A stretch of DNA of 61,479 bases, counting the filler. It is 5 parts of 5 records of this genome, joined end to end, with 100 filler letters (N's around TTAATTAATTAA, not from the genome) between each part and the next. Parts side by side here need not be neighbours in the genome. Positions count along the whole stretch, not along the records: positions 50,186 to 61,479 come from DRR723986_10647; 4 more parts are not named here. The stretch is one strand, 5' to 3'. Within the stretch, counting starts at the first letter, position 1; each line of letters opens with the position of its first letter. The position numbers and the translations under genes are program-made. Below the pieces are notes generated by a model. It was not told the origin of the DNA, ran no database searches, and saw only the letters and a program-made list of their open reading frames with translations. Shown here in pieces: positions 50,574 through 60,670 of the stretch.

Positions 50574-52661
50574 TTAGGCGGCTAGAACCCGAGCTTCGTG
50601 CGCCTTAAGGCACAGGCGTGCCGTGTCGCCGAATGCACCGTGATGGCTCCGCAGTTCGGGGAACAGATTGAACATCTCGTGGCGGCTTTGACCTGTCAGC
50701 GCTTCGATGGCCGTATCACCCGGGAAAAAGCTCTCAGTTGCGGCGCCATTTGCATAGATCACTTCGTGCTGATCCAACATCAGATGCATGTAGGTGACGG
50801 AACTACCCTGCACGCGGGTGACCGCTGGGTGGTTCAGTAGGTGGCGCGCAGCCACAAGAACTTCGCCTTCGCCAAACAGCATCTGCGCACGTGATCCGCT
50901 CCAGAGCATGCGATGCTGAGGGGAGACGATCAAAGGCGCGCTGGCAGATTGCAGCAGCGATGTATCCAGACGGATGGGGGCCAGATCGCCTTGCGCCTGA
51001 ACAGTGCGGGTGCCGATCCAACGCAGGGGCTGGAGACCGTTGTCACGTGTCACGATCAGATTGCCAACTTTCAGATCCTGAATGAGGCGGGGACCCTGAG
51101 CGGTGGAAATCAGCGTATCCGGGGTAAAGCAGATGATCCGTTCAATATTGGAAAAGGTGACGATGGACCCGTCAATCATCTCAACAGTTCCGGCCAGTTC
51201 GCCGGGGATATCTGTCGTCAGGTTGAGGGTCCCATCGACAGTCTGACCGTTCAGGTCCAGAACGTCACCATCGGTTTCATCGCCTTCGCCACCGACAATC
51301 GTAATGCCTGCAGTACCAGCTTCTCCAAGATCGGTCAGTACGAATAGATCGTCGCCATCGCCGCCCTCGATCGTGTCACCTTGCGCCGCATTGACTGTGT
51401 CGTTCCCTTCTCCACCGTCAACCGCGTCCTCTCCCCGGCCACCGGCCAAAAGGTCGTCCCCCCCTTCACCGAACAGAGTGTCGTTGCCAGAGCCGCCGAA
51501 CAAGGCATCGTCGCCATAGGTCTGAGGAATGGGTTCGAAGAAGACGTCTGTAACCCAAATGGCTTGTGTTCCGTCCAAGGCGTTTTCGTAGATGATGTCG
51601 ATACGCGCGACCGGGCCTTCTACTTCAACCAACACAGATCCCGCGGCGTCAGCTTGGGATTCACCTGAATCCCCGGCGGTCACTGTATTGCCGGAAACCG
51701 TATCGGTCGCACCACCATTGGGGGTTGGTGTCAGGGTAACGGTTACCGGATTGCCGTCTGCGTCAAACGCGTTGACGGTGATCACATCGCGGTGGTTGCC
51801 GTCGGCGTAATCCACATCATTGATGCGAAAGGTGACGTTTTCAACTTCGTCCTGCACGTCTGCGCCCGTCGCAGCGTCGAAGCTCAGGGTCGTTGTTGAC
51901 GTGGCACCGTCCCCGTTGCCGTACAAATACAAAGAAGATTGTTCGCTGAACGGTTCGTTTGCGTCGACATATTGTGTGTCGCTGCTTTCAATCGAAAACT
52001 CGGGTGAGTTATTGCCATTGTTCGTAAAGCTGACGGAAACATCGACATCGCCGGTGTTTTGGGTAAACCCGCCGGAAACATCGGTTTCATCCGGGGCCTG
52101 TGAATCCCAGTTCAGCGATTCAATTGAGCGATCACCGTAGAGAAGGTCGTCACCCTGATTGCCGCGCAGGGTGTCGTCGCCCGTACCGCCCAGCAACCAA
52201 TCATCTCCGGAAAGTCCGCGTAACTGGTCATCTCCTGAATACCCAAGCACCAAGTCCGCGTTGTCAGCACTGTCATTCAGGCTGTCGCCATTGCTGTCGG
52301 TATAGGTGTTATCAATCGTATCATTGCCCACGGTGCCGTCGACTACGTTGTCGGGGATGTCTGAGGGCGGTTCAAACGGAGAGGGGGCCGTATAAGTCGG
52401 GGCAGTGACCGTGTCGGCAGTCGTCAGCGTATCAACTTCGCCAAAATCAGGAACGAAATAGACGTTTCCGTCTTCGGCGAGGTAATATTGACCCGGTTCT
52501 TGTTCGTCAGTGAATGTGGCGCCGTTATCGACGCCGGTAAACACCCATTGCCCAGCTCCAAGAGCGGTCTGTGTGTTGAAAAAAGTCCATGGTCCACCGA
52601 TGACATCATTCGGTGTAAGCGCATTGTCTGCACCTAATGTGACGAGATACCCGGAAGGCAT
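50574..52661 (-). CDS. RTX-repeat protein with C-terminal Hint (bacterial intein-like) domain
   Basis: GGxGxD nonapeptides; ICFTPDTLI, SPQHRML, YMHLMLDQHEVIYANGAATESF. Confidence 0.9.
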   Translation of the reverse strand: MPSGYLVTLGADNALTPNDVIGGPWTFFNTQTALGAGQWVFTGVDNGATFTDEQEPGQYYLAEDGNVYFVPDFGEVDTLTTADTVTAPTYTAPSPFEPPSDIPDNVVDGTVGNDTIDNTYTDSNGDSLNDSADNADLVLGYSGDDQLRGLSGDDWLLGGTGDDTLRGNQGDDLLYGDRSIESLNWDSQAPDETDVSGGFTQNTGDVDVSVSFTNNGNNSPEFSIESSDTQYVDANEPFSEQSSLYLYGNGDGATSTTTLSFDAATGADVQDEVENVTFRINDVDYADGNHRDVITVNAFDADGNPVTVTLTPTPNGGATDTVSGNTVTAGDSGESQADAAGSVLVEVEGPVARIDIIYENALDGTQAIWVTDVFFEPIPQTYGDDALFGGSGNDTLFGEGGDDLLAGGRGEDAVDGGEGNDTVNAAQGDTIEGGDGDDLFVLTDLGEAGTAGITIVGGEGDETDGDVLDLNGQTVDGTLNLTTDIPGELAGTVEMIDGSIVTFSNIERIICFTPDTLISTAQGPRLIQDLKVGNLIVTRDNGLQPLRWIGTRTVQAQGDLAPIRLDTSLLQSASAPLIVSPQHRMLWSGSRAQMLFGEGEVLVAARHLLNHPAVTRVQGSSVTYMHLMLDQHEVIYANGAATESFFPGDTAIEALTGQSRHEMFNLFPELRSHHGAFGDTARLCLKAHEARVLAA

Positions 52662-52912
52662 TGAACTTTAACCCTATTTCGATGCACAGATTCTTGTGAC
52701 CTGTTGCTGAACTGCTCTTTCCAGAGATGCCTGAAGAGTTGGCGCTCTCTGATCCTGACGCTCTGTGTAAAGACCTGTTGCGGCCAAAGAGCGGAGGAAT
52801 TGAGACAAATTCGCGTGGGAAATAGGGAAACAATGCCTTAATTGTTTCTAATTTGAGAACGATGCGCAGGCCCTGTGTTTTACGGGGCCTGCGTTGGAGT
52901 TTGTGATTGCAG

Positions 52913-55153
52913 TCAGACCAGCAGATCGAAATGTTGGTTCAGCGGCAGCGTGCGCGCCCGCTTTCCTGTCAGGTCAAACAAGGCGTTGCCCAAAGCTGGG
53001 GCCGCGGGTGGGGTGCCAGGCTCGCCAGCGCCGCCCATGAACCGGTTGGTTTCCAGTATTTGGATCTCGACCTGTGGGGCGGTATGCATGCGCACTGCAT
53101 CATAGTCAGGAAAATTGAACTGCTCGACCTCGCCATCTGCAAAGGTGATTTCACCAAAACCTGCCGCAGAGAGACCGTACATCATACCGCCAAACATCTG
53201 TGCTTTGACGATGCCGGGATCCAGCGCCAACCCCATGTCGCAGGCGATCCAGGCTTTGTTGATCCGAATGGTGCCATCTTCATCGACAACTTCGATCACT
53301 TGCGCAACGGGCGTGCCAAAGCTGTAGGCAAAAGCCACACCACGCCCAACTCCGTCGGGGGTTTTGCCGGTCCAGCCTGACATATCACGTACGGTTTCTA
53401 GAACCCGCGCCGCGACATCCCATTCGGGACGTGCCATTTCTAGGCGGAATTCAAGCGGATCGCGACCAGCTGCATAGGCCATCTCATCCATGAACGTATC
53501 ATGGAAGAAAGCGTTATGGCTGTTGCCAACTGAACGCCAGAATCCGACCGGGATTTTGAGATCCGATATATACCCGCTCATACGGTAGTTCGGGATGGCA
53601 TAGGGTTGGTTAAAGAACCCTTCGACCAGCACTTTGTCCGGACCTCCACCGGCTAATCCGGTGATCCGCTCCATAGCTTGTTGGGTGGGTGATTGGGTCG
53701 CAAGGTGTCCGTCCATCAAGACCGCTTTGCCGTCTTTGATTGCCCCGCGCATTCGCGCGATCGCGCCGGGGCGATAGTAATCGTGACGCATGTCCTCTTC
53801 GCGGGACCACGTCGTCAGGATTGGAGTGCCCGGCATAGCCATGGCAACTTTGACCGCGACTTCGACAAAGTCCAATTCAAGGCGGCGACCGAACCCGCCT
53901 CCAAGATAGGTTGTGTTGATTTCAACCTGCTCTGTTTCCAATCCGGCAATGTAGGCCGCACGCGATTGCGCAAAGGTGGGTGTTTGTGTGCCGGTCCAGA
54001 CCTGCAAGCCATCGCTGTTGAGCTGCGCAACCGCTGTCATCGGCTCCATTGTCGAGTGGGCAAGGAAGGGTACGGAGTAGTCGGCGCTGAATTCGGTTGC
54101 GCCTTCGGGCAGGGTGTCCACGTCGCCATCATCACGCATGGTTGAGTTGGGGGAGCCATCAAAGGCTTTTGCCAGAGTTTGGAAAATCGCGTCGGTTTCC
54201 GGGGGATAGGGAGCATCTTCCCAAGTGATGTCCACGGCTTCGGCCGCTTGGATGGCAAGCCATGTGTTGTTGGCGATCACGGCGATGCCATCGCCAAGAT
54301 CGACGATTTTTTCGACACCGGGCATGGATTTCGCGGCGCTACCATCGAAGCTGACCATGCCGCCGCCCAATTTTGGGTTTCGGCGCACGGTGGCAAATTT
54401 CATCCCCGGCAGTCGCACGTCGATCGCGAACTCGGCTGTTCCGGTGGCTTTGCCGACCATATCCAAACGGGGCAGGTTCTGGCCCAATTTTGTCCAGGTC
54501 GAGGGATCTCTTAGGTCCGCTTCGATCGGATCAACGCTGGCGGCAGCAACAGCCAAATCGCCGTATGGGATTTTTGATCCATCAGGGGCGATAACGTGAC
54601 CAGCTTGTGTTTTCAGCTGATCGCGACTGACCCCCAATTGGTCAGCTGCGGCTTGTTTCAGGGTTTCACGGGCGCTGGCGCCGGCTTCACGCATCCGGAT
54701 GAACCCGTCTTTCATCGACGTGGACCCACCTGTTGCGTGCAATGACAAGGATTTGCCAATCACGCCAAGTGCTTCGCCCAGATTGTGCATGAAATCGGAT
54801 GTGTCATACCCCTTACCGGGTAGACCATCGGCGACAAAGGCTGAGTTGTAATACGCTGCAGCAGCTGGTCCGTGCAGAACCGTGACTTGATCAAGTTCGA
54901 CATCTAACTCTTCTGCAATAAGAGCGGCCCATGTGGTTTGGACGCCTTGACCCATTTCCGCACGAGGGGCGAACAGGGTGACGCCATTCTGGTCGATCAT
55001 CACAAACGGGTTCAAAGCGGCCTGACCCTGATCCGGTTTCAAGGGGTTGGGGGCGGGGGAGCGCACTTTGTAGACGCCAAAGGCAACACCACCTACGATG
55101 GCGACAGAGCCAATCAGAAAGGTACGGCGAAGGATTTTACCGATGCTAGCCAT
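52913..55153 (-). CDS. Xanthine dehydrogenase-family molybdopterin subunit (IorB-like)
   Basis: RRTFL leader, EMGQG, TGGSTS, LGGGFGRR, WRSVG, GAGEPGTP. Confidence 0.92.
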   Translation of the reverse strand: MASIGKILRRTFLIGSVAIVGGVAFGVYKVRSPAPNPLKPDQGQAALNPFVMIDQNGVTLFAPRAEMGQGVQTTWAALIAEELDVELDQVTVLHGPAAAAYYNSAFVADGLPGKGYDTSDFMHNLGEALGVIGKSLSLHATGGSTSMKDGFIRMREAGASARETLKQAAADQLGVSRDQLKTQAGHVIAPDGSKIPYGDLAVAAASVDPIEADLRDPSTWTKLGQNLPRLDMVGKATGTAEFAIDVRLPGMKFATVRRNPKLGGGMVSFDGSAAKSMPGVEKIVDLGDGIAVIANNTWLAIQAAEAVDITWEDAPYPPETDAIFQTLAKAFDGSPNSTMRDDGDVDTLPEGATEFSADYSVPFLAHSTMEPMTAVAQLNSDGLQVWTGTQTPTFAQSRAAYIAGLETEQVEINTTYLGGGFGRRLELDFVEVAVKVAMAMPGTPILTTWSREEDMRHDYYRPGAIARMRGAIKDGKAVLMDGHLATQSPTQQAMERITGLAGGGPDKVLVEGFFNQPYAIPNYRMSGYISDLKIPVGFWRSVGNSHNAFFHDTFMDEMAYAAGRDPLEFRLEMARPEWDVAARVLETVRDMSGWTGKTPDGVGRGVAFAYSFGTPVAQVIEVVDEDGTIRINKAWIACDMGLALDPGIVKAQMFGGMMYGLSAAGFGEITFADGEVEQFNFPDYDAVRMHTAPQVEIQILETNRFMGGAGEPGTPPAAPALGNALFDLTGKRARTLPLNQHFDLLV

Positions 55154-55156
55154 GGT

Positions 55157-55621
55157 TCAAACCTCCTTCATTTTGTCTGAGGCGGCATGAATGGCGGCCC
55201 GGATGCGAGGGTAGGTGCCACAGCGACACAAATTGCCCTGCATCGCCTCGTCAATTTCTGCATCGGATGGCTCGGGGATCTCAGCAAGCAGGGACGCGGC
55301 CTGCATGATTTGTCCGGACTGGCAGTAACCGCATTGCGCGACCTGATGGTCGACCCAGGATTGCTGAATTGCCGCCATCGCGTCGGGTGTGCCGATGCCT
55401 TCGATGGTGGTGATTGGGCCGTCCACGTCGGCCAAGGGAACCTGACAGCTGCGCACGGCTTCGCCATTGATATGAACTGTGCAGGCGCCGCAAGCTGCAA
55501 CGCCGCACCCGAATTTGGTGCCGGTCAGGCCGACTTCGTCGCGGAGCACCCACAAAAGAGGCACATCATCAGGCAAATCCACCTGATGTGCTTTACCGTT
55601 GATCGTAAGGGACGTTGGCAT
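55157..55621 (-). CDS. [2Fe-2S] subunit (IorA-like)
   Basis: [32 protein letters not shown]. Confidence 0.95.
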   Translation of the reverse strand: MPTSLTINGKAHQVDLPDDVPLLWVLRDEVGLTGTKFGCGVAACGACTVHINGEAVRSCQVPLADVDGPITTIEGIGTPDAMAAIQQSWVDHQVAQCGYCQSGQIMQAASLLAEIPEPSDAEIDEAMQGNLCRCGTYPRIRAAIHAASDKMKEV

Positions 55622-55652
55622 GGCGCGTTTCTCTCCGCTTCAGCTAGGGTGT

Positions 55653-55712
55653 CTGACACATTTAATTATAAGTGTCAGGATGTCAATTGACATTTTTTTA
55701 TCGAAGTGTCAG
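55653..55712. promoter_or_regulatory. Two TGACA-N14-TGTCA operators in the iorA/tetR divergent spacer
   Basis: CTGACAC-N12-GTGTCAG (55653-55678) and TTGACAT-N12-GTGTCAG (55687-55712). Confidence 0.75.
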
Positions 55713-55721
55713 ATATTCGAC

Positions 55722-56300
55722 ATGAAAGACTCGAATGCCGATCCCAAACAAAATGCGATTGTGACGTCTGCTTGGCAGGCCTTTGCGACCTATGGGTTTC
55801 GCAAAACCTCTATGGACGATATAGCGCGCGGTGCGGGAATGTCCCGTCCGGCGCTCTATCAGCACTATCGCAACAAAGAGGATATCTTTCGCAGCCTCGT
55901 GCAGCATCACTATGACGAGGCGCGTGTAAGTGTGCGCGACGCTTTGCAGATGGACGGGAGTGTGATCGAAGTTTTGACCAATGCTTTGCAAAAGCAAAGC
56001 GAGGGAGCGGCAGAACTGCTGATGTCGCCTCATGGAATGGAGTTGTTGGATGCCGGTTCGACAACAGCTCCAGACATAGTTGAGGCCGGAGAGGCCGCTT
56101 TGCAGGTTCTATATGCTGAGTGGTTAGAGCGGCAAGTGGCGCGGGGCAGTGCGAAACTGCCCGGCGAAGCCAGTGTTGTGGCGGCCATGCTCACAACGGC
56201 TCTAAAGGGGATCAAATCCCATGCCCCGGACGTTGCCAGCTATACTGCACGGGTGCAGTTGCTGGGCGCACTGGCCGGGGCTGGGTTGTCGGTCAGGTGA
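55722..56300 (+). CDS. TetR/AcrR-family regulator
   Basis: YGFRKTSMDDIARGAGMSRPALYQHYRNKEDIF. Confidence 0.92.
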   Translation: MKDSNADPKQNAIVTSAWQAFATYGFRKTSMDDIARGAGMSRPALYQHYRNKEDIFRSLVQHHYDEARVSVRDALQMDGSVIEVLTNALQKQSEGAAELLMSPHGMELLDAGSTTAPDIVEAGEAALQVLYAEWLERQVARGSAKLPGEASVVAAMLTTALKGIKSHAPDVASYTARVQLLGALAGAGLSVR

Positions 56301-57486
56301 CCTTGTTGCGGACCTTGTATTCTGGCTGATCCCACAGATTATTGGTCATGACATCGGCAATGATTGCGACCGCTGCGCGTACATCCGCTTCGTCGACGTA
56401 CAGTGGGGTAAAGCCGAACCGCATGATGTCAGGTGCACGGAAATCACCGATCACACCGCGCGCGATGATCGCTTGCATGGCGGCATATCCTTCCTCAAAC
56501 CGGAATGAGACCTGGCTGCCACGAGCGTGTGGATCGCGTGGGCTGGCCAGCGTCAGCATCGGGCAGGCGGCTTCGACTCCAGAGATAAACAGCTCTGTCA
56601 GTTCGATGGACTTGGTGCGCACGTCCTGAATATCGGCCAAGTCCCAGACATCCATAGCAGTTTCCAAGGCAGTCATCTGGATCACGGGTGGTGTACCAAC
56701 GCGCATCCGTTCGATGCCAGAGCCGGGGCGGTAATCAAGATCAAAGGCAAAGGGTGATTCATGGCCCAACCAACCCGACAGGGCGGGCCGAACCTGATCC
56801 ATATGGCGCGGGGCCACATAGATGAACGCAGGCGCGCCGGGACCGCCGTTGAGATATTTATAGCTGCACCCGACCGCGAAATCAGCATTGCACCCGGCCA
56901 GATCCACAGGGAACGCTCCCGCAGAGTGCGCCAGATCCCAAACAGTCACGATACCTTTGGCGTGTGCCAGTTCGGTCAGGGCCTTCATGTCGTGCTTGCG
57001 GCCTGTGCGGTAATCAACTTCGGTGATCATCATCACGGCGATATCGTCGGTGAGGTTGTCAGCTACGGCTTCCGGATCAACCACGCGCAGTTCATAGTCG
57101 TCGCCCAACGATCGCAGCAACCCATCCGCCATATAGAGATCGGTTGGGAAGTTGCCGTTGTCTGACAGGACCACTTTGCGGTTTGGGTTCAATTCAAGTG
57201 CCGATGCGACTGCCTGATAGACTTTGATCGACAAGGTATCGCCCATCACAACGCTGCCCGGTTCGGCACCGATCAAGCCACCAACCCGGTCGCCCAGATC
57301 CGTGGGTTTCGCCATCCAACCGGCTTTGTTCCAGCCAGTGATCAGCAACTCGCCCCATTCGTCTTGTAGCATGGTCCCTACGCGGGCGGCGGCTGCCGTG
57401 GGCAGGGGGCCTAAGGAGTTGCCATCCAGATAAAGGACGCCCTCGGGCAGGTGAAACATGGCTTTGGTCGCAGCAAAGTTAGTCAT
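56293..57486 (-). CDS. kynU: Kynureninase
   Basis: YLDGNSLGPLP, NFPTDLY, WDLAHSAGA, GCSYKYLNGGPG, RGSQVS. Confidence 0.96.
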   Translation of the reverse strand: MTNFAATKAMFHLPEGVLYLDGNSLGPLPTAAAARVGTMLQDEWGELLITGWNKAGWMAKPTDLGDRVGGLIGAEPGSVVMGDTLSIKVYQAVASALELNPNRKVVLSDNGNFPTDLYMADGLLRSLGDDYELRVVDPEAVADNLTDDIAVMMITEVDYRTGRKHDMKALTELAHAKGIVTVWDLAHSAGAFPVDLAGCNADFAVGCSYKYLNGGPGAPAFIYVAPRHMDQVRPALSGWLGHESPFAFDLDYRPGSGIERMRVGTPPVIQMTALETAMDVWDLADIQDVRTKSIELTELFISGVEAACPMLTLASPRDPHARGSQVSFRFEEGYAAMQAIIARGVIGDFRAPDIMRFGFTPLYVDEADVRAAVAIIADVMTNNLWDQPEYKVRNKVT

Positions 57487-57503
57487 GGGGGGCCTTCCGT
57501 ATT

Positions 57504-57521
57504 TACTTTAAGCTTGAAGTA
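57504..57521. promoter_or_regulatory. Near-perfect palindrome before kynU (possible repressor operator)
   Basis: TACTTTAAG-CTTGAAGTA, one mismatch. Confidence 0.5.
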
Positions 57522-57766
57522 TCTCTGTTGGGCGTATCGGGTCTTGGGCGGTGTGTCCAGTGTTTGTCATATCCGCCGGGGACATCACAAGGGGTGGCAA
57601 TAATCGTACATGATTACATTGCTCGTCGATAAGGTGTTGTTTTAGATGAAATAAGACAACAATTCCTGACTGCTATCATGTTGTCTGAAGGCTGCTGACA
57701 AAAATGCGATAGCCAGACTGAACGCTTTGGCACCCAATCCAACGGGCAGGTGCCAAAGCAATGGGA

Positions 57767-58519
57767 TTACATCTGACCACCGGCGATTTCGATGTTTTGG
57801 CCATTGATGCTTTGCGATCCGGGGCCAACCAACCACATGGCGGCGGCGGCGACTTCTTCTGGGGCAATCAGGCGCTTGTGGCGGTTGGCGCTGACCATCA
57901 TCTTGAGCGCTTCGTCCGAACTGACACCAGCACGCTGTGAAATCGACGCTGTGTTCCGATCCACGATTGGGGTGTCCACGTATCCGGGGCAGAGATTGTT
58001 AAAGGTATAGGGCTTGCCCATGAACTCTTCGGAATAAGTACGCGTCAACCCGATCAGCCCGTGTTTCGATGCGGCATAGGCCCCAGCCCCCGGCGCACCG
58101 CGCAGACCGGCGATTGAGGCAACTGAAATAACGCGACCCCAGTCGGTCGTCACCATAGAACGCAGGCTTTCACGGATAGTCAGAAACGCGCCGTCCAAAT
58201 TCGTTGCCATGATATTGCGCCAAAACTCCATATCGGTCTTTTGCAGGGTCTTGCCTTCGGCAATACCAGCGTTTGCCACGCAGATCTGGATCGGGCCGTG
58301 GGCATCCACCGCTGACGCGATGGTGTTCACAACATCCTCTTCATTGCGAACATCCATTGCGCGGGCGCTCATACCATCTGTGCAGACCTGATCCAGAATT
58401 TCTTGGCGGCGTCCTGTGATGGTTACATGCGCGCCCTCTGCAGCCAATGCTTTGGCAATGGCCAGACCAATGCCCGTTCCACCGCCGGTGACCAAAGCAT
58501 GTTTTCCTAATAGATTCAT
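57767..58519 (-). CDS. Short-chain dehydrogenase/reductase
   Basis: TGGGTGIG, VANAG, YAASK, PGYVDT. Confidence 0.92.
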   Translation of the reverse strand: MNLLGKHALVTGGGTGIGLAIAKALAAEGAHVTITGRRQEILDQVCTDGMSARAMDVRNEEDVVNTIASAVDAHGPIQICVANAGIAEGKTLQKTDMEFWRNIMATNLDGAFLTIRESLRSMVTTDWGRVISVASIAGLRGAPGAGAYAASKHGLIGLTRTYSEEFMGKPYTFNNLCPGYVDTPIVDRNTASISQRAGVSSDEALKMMVSANRHKRLIAPEEVAAAAMWLVGPGSQSINGQNIEIAGGQM

Positions 58520-58600
58520 TTCGCGTCCTCCGTGTTTGATGACCACGTTAGTTGCTGGACGACCTGTGACAAGACGCGCCGCTCCGTCACTTTACGGTAT

Positions 58601-58618
58601 CATTCACACATGCGAATG
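58601..58618. promoter_or_regulatory. ATTC-N8-GAAT box (SqrR-type ArsR operator)
   Basis: cATTC-acacatgc-GAATg ~25 nt before the SoxH-like gene. Confidence 0.6.
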
Positions 58619-58642
58619 TGTCGCCTGAATGAGGGAGCTTTC

Positions 58643-59605
58643 ATGACACGTCTATTTGCTATCGCCGGTTTTACCGCAGGCGCACTTTCGTTGGGGACAT
58701 TGGCCCATGCCAGTCAGGACATCGCGGATCAGTATCCGCAGTCTGAGTTGTATTCCAAACCCGTCGAAGTGATTCCACACGTATTTTCCGCCATCGGTGC
58801 GACCGCTCCACCCACCTATGAAAACGCAGGCCACAACAACAACCTGTCGTTCATTGTGACGGACGAGGGGGTTGTTGTGATCAATGGCGGGGCCTCTTCC
58901 CGGCTTGCCGCAGCCTTGCATGACGAGATAAAAAAGGTGACGGACCAGCCCGTTGTCTTGGTGATCAACGAAAATGGTCAGGGTCATGCGATGCTTGGCA
59001 ATGGGTATTGGCGCGATCTGGGCGTTGATGTGCTGGCACATGTGGATGCCGTGGCCGAGACCAAAGAAAATGGCGATTTCATCTTTCAGGGCATGCAGGC
59101 CTATAACAAGGATCGTTCAGAAGGCAGCCGCGTTGAGCATGCCAATCTGACTTTTGAGGACAAATATGACCTGTCTCTGGGCGGCGTTGATATCGAGGTT
59201 CTGCATCTGGGCCCTGCGCATGATCCGGGCGATGTTCAGGTCTGGATCCCACAGTGGAGTATGATGATCGCGGGCGATATCGCCTTTCATGAACGAATGC
59301 CGCCGATTTTCCCACATACTTGCACCAGCTGCTGGATCGAAACGTGGGACGAGGCACTAGAACCGATGAACCCAACTTATGTTATCCCTGGGCACGGGCA
59401 CCCGACAAACCTGGCGCAGGTGCGGCGCTATACCGTCGATTATCTCAAGGATCTTCGCGCTAAGGTCGGCGCGCATATCGAAGAGGGCGGTGATCTTGCT
59501 GGGGCCTACTACGTCGATCAGGAAAAGTGGCGCACTCTCGATACGTTTGAGGAACTCGCGACCAAGAACGCAGGGCGTGTGTTCGAAGAAATGGAATGGG
59601 AATAA
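58643..59605 (+). CDS. Periplasmic MBL-fold protein, SoxH-like
   Basis: Signal peptide, PTYENAGHNNNLSF, ENGQGHAMLGN replacing HxHxDH, IPGHG. Confidence 0.8.
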   Translation: MTRLFAIAGFTAGALSLGTLAHASQDIADQYPQSELYSKPVEVIPHVFSAIGATAPPTYENAGHNNNLSFIVTDEGVVVINGGASSRLAAALHDEIKKVTDQPVVLVINENGQGHAMLGNGYWRDLGVDVLAHVDAVAETKENGDFIFQGMQAYNKDRSEGSRVEHANLTFEDKYDLSLGGVDIEVLHLGPAHDPGDVQVWIPQWSMMIAGDIAFHERMPPIFPHTCTSCWIETWDEALEPMNPTYVIPGHGHPTNLAQVRRYTVDYLKDLRAKVGAHIEEGGDLAGAYYVDQEKWRTLDTFEELATKNAGRVFEEMEWE

Positions 59606-59674
59606 GTCCCGGTAAACTGGTTTGGGGCCCGCTGCATGGGCTCTGAACACCCTGACGACCAAAAGGATCTTTGT

Positions 59675-60091
59675 ATGACCTTTGTCAAATCGCTGATGAT
59701 CTCGCTCTGTCTCGTCAGTCCCGCTTTGGCAGCGGATGAAGCGGTTACCGAAGCCGTGATCGATTATATGGATTTTGCCACTTACGAAAGCGGCATCATC
59801 CTTCCTGCTCAGCTGAGCAAGGACGTGTTCCACGCAGCAAAGATAGTGGATGTGCGGGACGCAGAGCAATATGCGCAATCCCACATTCCGGGTGCCATAA
59901 ATATTGAATGGCGCGAGATCCCGGGACGGATCGATGAATTGCCCGAAACCGGATTGGTCATTTTGTACTGCAACACGGGCACCCTGTCTGCACAGGCGAC
60001 ATTTGCAACCCGTCTGTTGGGGCACGAAAACGTTGTTGTATTGCAAACCGGTTTAACCGGGTGGACTGAAACAGCCGAGTATAAACCATGA
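59675..60091 (+). CDS. Periplasmic single-domain rhodanese
   Basis: Signal peptide, VDVRD, HIPGAINI, active-site YCNTGTLS. Confidence 0.88.
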   Translation: MTFVKSLMISLCLVSPALAADEAVTEAVIDYMDFATYESGIILPAQLSKDVFHAAKIVDVRDAEQYAQSHIPGAINIEWREIPGRIDELPETGLVILYCNTGTLSAQATFATRLLGHENVVVLQTGLTGWTETAEYKP

Positions 60092-60540
60092 TGAAATACC
60101 TTGATGTGCCGCCGACCTGGTTGGCAGGCTTTGCCGCCTTGGCATGGGGACAATCCCGCTACTTTTCAATGGGACTATCACTAGATGGTGGGACAACGGA
60201 TTTGTTGAGTGGCCTGTTGATTGGTGGCGGCATTGTTCTGATGCTTATGGCCGTTGTGGAGATGCGTCGGCATCGTACAACGCTCAATCCACATGGCGCG
60301 CCGCAAACTTTGGTACAATCCGGGATCTTCAAACGTAGCCGGAACCCGATCTACGTGGGGGACGTTTTGATCCTCTGTGGGCTGATTCTCCGATTTGACG
60401 CTGTGTTGGCGCTATCGCTGGTGCCAATCTTTGTTTGGACGCTAGAGCGTCGATTTATCATACCCGAGGAAAACCGGCTCAGACGGGCGTTTCGGATGGA
60501 TTTTGCCCGTTATGAAGGCAAAACCCGACGCTGGGTGTAG
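60088..60540 (+). CDS. ICMT/PEMT-family membrane methyltransferase
   Basis: LVQSGIFKRSRNPIY, IIPEE..L..F..Y...TRRW; ATGA overlap with the rhodanese gene. Confidence 0.85.
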   Translation: MMKYLDVPPTWLAGFAALAWGQSRYFSMGLSLDGGTTDLLSGLLIGGGIVLMLMAVVEMRRHRTTLNPHGAPQTLVQSGIFKRSRNPIYVGDVLILCGLILRFDAVLALSLVPIFVWTLERRFIIPEENRLRRAFRMDFARYEGKTRRWV

Positions 60541-60670
60541 GAGTTTTGCGACACTGGACCTAACGTTTCAAATGCTGCGCTTGCGAAATAATGTTGCGCA
60601 GGATAGAGGATTGCTTTGCGAACCGAACCATTCTGCGCCTGATTTTGGGCGAAATAGGGGGACCTGACGG

